NCBI GenBank assembly: GCA_964542765.1
Contig: CAZIVO010000003.1
Span: forward strand, 11,381 to 75,380
Origin: an uncultured candidatus Brocadiaceae bacterium
GTDB taxonomy: Bacteria; Planctomycetota; UBA1135; UBA2386
Direction: 5' to 3'
Length of the DNA: 64,000 nucleotides
Position numbers and translations under genes: made by a program. The notes beneath the pieces were generated by a model that searched no databases, was not told the DNA's origin, and saw only the letters and a program-made list of their open reading frames with translations. Shown here one piece after another: positions 60,265 to 64,000 of the stretch (positions are counted from its first letter, which is position 1; every line of letters begins with the position of its first letter).

Positions 60265-63200
60265 CTATCGGTCCGACTTCGAGGAACGCTTGCGCAGCAG
60301 CTTCGCGACCCGCGGGCGATCGCGCTGCATGCGCTCCAGGTCGAGCGAGCGTCCGATTGCGTTGCCGAGGAAACCGTAGAAATCCGCCAGGCCTTTGTTC
60401 CATGGCCCTGACACCACGTCCACGGGCGTCTGGCCATCGTCGTTGCGCGCGCTGAGAGAAGCTCCGTGCTCCAGGAGCTGGTCGATCACCTCGTGGCGAC
60501 AGAGGAACGCTGCGCTGTGCAGTGGCGTGTTACCGTCGCGGTTCGTGCCCGAGACCTTGGCCCCCTTCTCGATCAAGAAGGCCGTGATCTCGCTGTAGCC
60601 GTAGATAGCCGCCGTACTGAGTGGGAGTGTTCCATCCTCGGGATGCCGGCCGTTGATGTTGGCCCCCGCCGAGAGCCGCCGCTTGACGCGACCCAGATTC
60701 CCGGACGCGACCACGTCCCTGAGCGAGTCCCCGCGCGGCGCGCGCTCGCGCGCAAGGCGCCTGGAAAGAGCCTTGGCCGCGGCGTTGTCCTCGACGACGT
60801 GGAAGATGAAGTCGTTGCTGAAGCGACCGCCCGGGTTCTGCACTTGCAACAGGTGCATCCCGACCGATGGCAATGTCGCCAGTTCGATCTCGACCGTCTC
60901 ATCCTCGCCAAGGTTCACGGTGCCGGATACTCGCCTTCCGTCGACGATGACCCTGGCTCCCTCGCGAATGTGTCGGCCGCTGATCGTCATCCGGCGTTTC
61001 CCGTCATGGAGGAAAGGGAACTCCTGGTGCCCTCTTTGCTTCTCGATCGGTCCCAGGGTCCAGAGCGCTGGCTGCGGATGGTCGATATCCGCCTCGGCGC
61101 CGTGCCGGGCAGTGAAGGTGCCGACGAAGCGGCCGCCCGATGCGAGCGAAACCAGCTCGGCCCGGGTGTAGGGTTTGCCACCTCCTGCGGAGTAGGTTCC
61201 GCCCGGGGATTCGGCGTCGAACTCCAGTTTCACCGTCGTGGATCTCGCACCTTTGATGAACACTCCTTCGGCCTGAAGTGTGATGCCGCCCTCGCTGGCG
61301 GACAGTTCCAGGGCATCCAGCAAGTCGCTGGTGAAGGGGTCGCTTGCGGATCTCTTGTTGAGGGTCGCTTGCCGGGCGAAGGATCCGGAGAAGCCCGTGC
61401 TGCTCTCCAGCACCATGTTCCAGACAGGGTCGAAGCGGCGGCGGCCACCCCACGAGAATCGCCAGATGCTTCGTTCGGGCTGCCCACGTTCGGCGACTCG
61501 GCGGTAGAAATCGAAGCCGATGATGTTCAGTCGCCCCTGTGGCAAGATCAGAAACCGGTCGTAGGCACCTCGCCAGGTGGGCGCGTCCATGCCGGAGCCA
61601 GGCGTGTTGGTGCTGACCAGAAACGGCATGCGGTGACAGTCTCCGCAGACATTCGGCCTGCGTTTTTTGGGATCGAGGTCACCGTCGATGTGGAACAGCT
61701 TGAATCCTTGCTTCGCGACGTTCGAAACGGCATTGGTGTAGGCGCGCTTGGGTGCCGGCGGATAAGGCACGCCGAGCAGGAACTTGGCGAGGTCATCGCG
61801 TTCGGCTGCCGTCAATGCGCCAGGTTTTCCTTCGTCGTTTTCCGGGACCATGTCCACCTGGCTCATGGTCGTCGCGAGAGCGCCGTCCACCAGATGTCGC
61901 GTGCTGCTTTCCGGAATATCAGGATTGCTGTTTGGGGGTATTTTTCGACGGATATTGGCGCTGTTGTTGCCGCCATATGGGTCCCCGGGGATGCCATCCC
62001 AGTGAAATGGAGCCGTGTCCCGCAAGCCGCGAACCGGCATGGTTGAGCGAGGCATGATCTGTTTGCCTCGGGTCACGATCGGGGTTTTCAGCACCCAGAG
62101 CAACTGGTCCGTGTGTCCATCGGGGTGGCAACTTGCACAGGAGAAGGTTTCGGTTGTGGATGCGGTTGCCTTGTTGAAGGCGATGCGTCCGCGCTTGAAT
62201 GCCGGATGGGTCGGGTCTTCCAGGGCGATGGTATGGATGACCTTTGGACGGGCGGGGTTGGAAACCTTGACCAGGGACACCGTGTTGGCGACCGCATTGA
62301 GCACCCAGGCTCGTGACGGCTTGCCACCGGAGGTCGACTCGAGGGCTATACCGCGAGGTACCGCGCCCACACCCACGCGCCCCAGCACCTTTCCGCTACC
62401 AGTATCCACCGTGAAGAGTTTGTCCGACCCGGCAGCGGACACCACCAGCACCGAGTCGTCGGCGCTGATCTCGATCGCGAACGGCGTTGCCAGGGCCTGA
62501 CCCCTCGTCGGCTGTTTCGGTGGCAAGGGCTCGAGATCGATGAACTTCGGAGTGTTGGCAGAATTGCCTTTGAAGCCGATGCTCGTGATCTGGTTCAAGA
62601 AGGCGCGGTTCTCCAGTTCTGCCAGGCCATGTTTCTCGGTGCCGGCGCGGCCGTTGACCTCGTTGCGTGCGTCGGTCTGAGCGATGAAAACACGCCCCTT
62701 GGAGTCGACAGTGAGGCCGTAGAGCAGGGTGCCAAGACTGTCGACCACTTCGACGAGCTTGTCGGTCCTGGTGTCGAAAATATACAGATCATGATCGGGA
62801 ACCCGAGGATGCTTGACGATGTCCGTGACGTGGCCGAGCGACAGGACATTGTTATTGGCGATGGAGTGCTCGTGGGCGTTGAAGGTGACCAGCTTGCCGT
62901 CCACCTTGTAACCGCCGGACAGCTGGGTCTTGTTGTTGGACTCGAAGGGGATCACGTAGAGCCGATCACCGCGGACGACGATGGCTCGAGGTTCCTGAGC
63001 CGTGATGGTGAGCCTCTTGTCCACCTTGCGTGTGGCCACGTTGATCACGGCGATCCGGTTTTCTGAAGACAGTGCGACATAGGCCTTGTCGTTACCGGCA
63101 AAGGCAATGCCCACCGGTTCGTCAAATCGGGTTGCCTTGGTTTTGGGGTCGAAGTCCTGCACCGTCGCGACGATTTGCAGGTAGGTCGGACTCGTGGAAT

Positions 63201-63516
63201 CGTTATCGATGATGCTCACCGAATCGGAGACATGATTTGCGACCCAGACTTCCTTGCCATCCGGACGTACTGCGATGCTGACCGGGTCGATGCCGACGTT
63301 GATGCGTGCGACGATGGCGCGATGACCGGTGTCGATGACATCGACCGTGTCGGCCGGCGTGTTCACCACGAAGACGTGGCCGTCGTTCACGGCGATCGGC
63401 GATGCGTGCGGACTCAGGAATGTGGGGTGGCCGATGTCGGCCGGCCCTGGCCGATCCTGAGCGGAGCCGTGGCAAGGAAGGGTGATGAGAGCCAACGCGA
63501 TCAACACTCGTGTCAT
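60265..63516 (-). CDS. Exported multidomain protein: YVTN-type beta-propeller repeats, di-haem cytochrome-c-peroxidase/MauG-like module, IPT/TIG-like domain and C-terminal ankyrin repeats
   Basis: ATG 63516 gives MTRVLIALALITLPCHGSAQ. The propeller repeats include VNTPADTVDVIDTGHRAIVARINVGIDPVSIAVRPDGKEVWVAN. The haem sites are FSCASCHPDGH and NVCGDCH, with GLRDTAPFHWDG between them. The ANK repeats include DGTLPLSTAAIYGYSEITAFLIEKGAKV and NRDGNTPLHSAAFLCRHEVIDQLLEHGASL. Confidence 0.8.
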   Translation of the reverse strand: MTRVLIALALITLPCHGSAQDRPGPADIGHPTFLSPHASPIAVNDGHVFVVNTPADTVDVIDTGHRAIVARINVGIDPVSIAVRPDGKEVWVANHVSDSVSIIDNDSTSPTYLQIVATVQDFDPKTKATRFDEPVGIAFAGNDKAYVALSSENRIAVINVATRKVDKRLTITAQEPRAIVVRGDRLYVIPFESNNKTQLSGGYKVDGKLVTFNAHEHSIANNNVLSLGHVTDIVKHPRVPDHDLYIFDTRTDKLVEVVDSLGTLLYGLTVDSKGRVFIAQTDARNEVNGRAGTEKHGLAELENRAFLNQITSIGFKGNSANTPKFIDLEPLPPKQPTRGQALATPFAIEISADDSVLVVSAAGSDKLFTVDTGSGKVLGRVGVGAVPRGIALESTSGGKPSRAWVLNAVANTVSLVKVSNPARPKVIHTIALEDPTHPAFKRGRIAFNKATASTTETFSCASCHPDGHTDQLLWVLKTPIVTRGKQIMPRSTMPVRGLRDTAPFHWDGIPGDPYGGNNSANIRRKIPPNSNPDIPESSTRHLVDGALATTMSQVDMVPENDEGKPGALTAAERDDLAKFLLGVPYPPAPKRAYTNAVSNVAKQGFKLFHIDGDLDPKKRRPNVCGDCHRMPFLVSTNTPGSGMDAPTWRGAYDRFLILPQGRLNIIGFDFYRRVAERGQPERSIWRFSWGGRRRFDPVWNMVLESSTGFSGSFARQATLNKRSASDPFTSDLLDALELSASEGGITLQAEGVFIKGARSTTVKLEFDAESPGGTYSAGGGKPYTRAELVSLASGGRFVGTFTARHGAEADIDHPQPALWTLGPIEKQRGHQEFPFLHDGKRRMTISGRHIREGARVIVDGRRVSGTVNLGEDETVEIELATLPSVGMHLLQVQNPGGRFSNDFIFHVVEDNAAAKALSRRLARERAPRGDSLRDVVASGNLGRVKRRLSAGANINGRHPEDGTLPLSTAAIYGYSEITAFLIEKGAKVSGTNRDGNTPLHSAAFLCRHEVIDQLLEHGASLSARNDDGQTPVDVVSGPWNKGLADFYGFLGNAIGRSLDLERMQRDRPRVAKLLRKRSSKSDR

Positions 63517-63740
63517 TGCTGCCTTCCTGACGTGAGCAAAACGATGGGCTATCCGAACCCGGCGAGATCCATACCGCGGCACCGAGATATGGAAGTATGG
63601 GTTCGAACAGAAGCCCAGATTCGCTTGTTGGTGCAGCAGGCGCAAGGGTGTCAGACCCCGGACCTGTCTCAGATCTGTATTCGCGGTGTCGGGCTACAGG
63701 CCGGTTGGGGGGGAGCAAAAATTTGCGGTGGCAAGTTGTA

Positions 63741-63782
63741 AATGAGAACGAGTCTCATTAGCCTCCCCTCTAATGAGACTCG
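63741..63782. promoter_or_regulatory. Three-arm inverted-repeat element (aatgaga / tctcatt / aatgaga; 12-bp perfect arms 63749-63760 and 63771-63782) between divergent genes
   Basis: Read directly: aatgagaacgagtctcattagcctcccctctaatgagactcg. The 3' arm contains the ATG (63773) of the rightmost + gene. The middle arm contains, on the minus strand, an ATG (63758) opening a 29-codon ORF. Confidence 0.5.
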
Positions 63783-64000
63783 CTCGCAATAAGGGTCATC
63801 TGATAGCGGCAGAGATATCACCCTTTTGGGCTGGGTTAGCGCGGCTGTTTGCTGCTGGTCTCGCAATCTGTTGCTGCGCCGGGATCGGGGCGCAGGAGGA
63901 GAACTCCCGGATTCAGGATCTGGAACGAAGGCTGGCCGAGCAGACGCACAAGGTCGATGCCCTGGTCGAGCAGATCGGTGAACCGGGAATGGGAGGAATG
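63773..64000 (+). CDS. Exported protein with an N-terminal coiled coil (partial, continues beyond the right edge)
   Basis: My translation is MRLARNKGHLIAAEISPFWAGLARLFAAGLAICCCAGIGAQEENSRIQDLERRLAEQTHKVDALVEQIGEPGMGGM. That is a signal peptide followed by a coiled coil, as seen at the N-terminus of some porins. The start is uncertain. Confidence 0.45.
   Translation, partial: MRLARNKGHLIAAEISPFWAGLARLFAAGLAICCCAGIGAQEENSRIQDLERRLAEQTHKVDALVEQIGEPGMGGM

Noticed and set aside
60466-62046. 526-aa + strand ORF
   Set aside because: It is antisense to the 1083-aa propeller/di-haem/ankyrin gene. CxxCH and ANK motifs occur only in the minus frame.
1-64000. Mobile elements, prophage, integrons, toxin-antitoxin pairs, restriction-modification or other known defence islands
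   Set aside because: I found no integrase, transposase, recombinase, phage structural, Cas, nuclease-helicase or TA-like gene pairs in any frame. No flanking direct repeats or tRNA attachment sites were seen. The window looks like core chromosome.

Overview
Visibly GC-rich bacterial chromosomal segment with about 46 protein-coding genes, mostly tightly packed and often overlapping by ATGA. By eye I found no rRNA, tRNA, CRISPR array, transposase, integrase or prophage genes. Many long ORFs in the track are antisense shadows of real genes, as expected for GC-rich DNA.

Content, left to right:
- exported D-aminoacylase-like amidohydrolase (partial)
- five-gene efflux operon: TolC-like, two tandem HlyD/MacA-type adaptors, MacB-type ATPase, FtsX-type permease
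- coaB-ftsK, followed by a motor-less FtsK paralogue
- dnaB, bamA, hutH-hutU
- three-gene module: BY-kinase-like P-loop ATPase, coiled-coil protein, MamK-like actin
- 13-kb same-strand envelope cluster: secretin, 966-aa TPR protein, TPR-like protein, ExbB, ExbD, ExbD, secretin, HAD phosphatase
- family-4 UDG, TMTC/PMT-like TPR glycosyltransferase, FtsN-like bitopic protein, small basic protein, aminotransferase
- several exported hypotheticals, PilZ, ECF sigma, APH-like kinase, penta-haem cytochrome, Kdo-kinase/methyltransferase fusion, adenosine deaminase
- GcvT-like gene plus two CrtI-like flavoproteins
- 1083-aa beta-propeller / di-haem / IPT / ankyrin protein

Best candidates for an undescribed system:
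1. The TonB-less, T2SS/T4P-less dual-secretin / ExbB-ExbD-ExbD / TPR cluster (24.5-37.4 kb).
2. The P-loop ATPase / coiled-coil / MamK-like actin operon (21.7-24.4 kb).
3. The FtsK plus motor-less FtsK pair.

Phylum cannot be assigned by eye. The DUF1570-like and small-basic-protein-like genes and the TPR-fused secretins hint at a PVC/Planctomycetota-like or related lineage (inference only). All homology calls are motif recognition by eye, not database searches.
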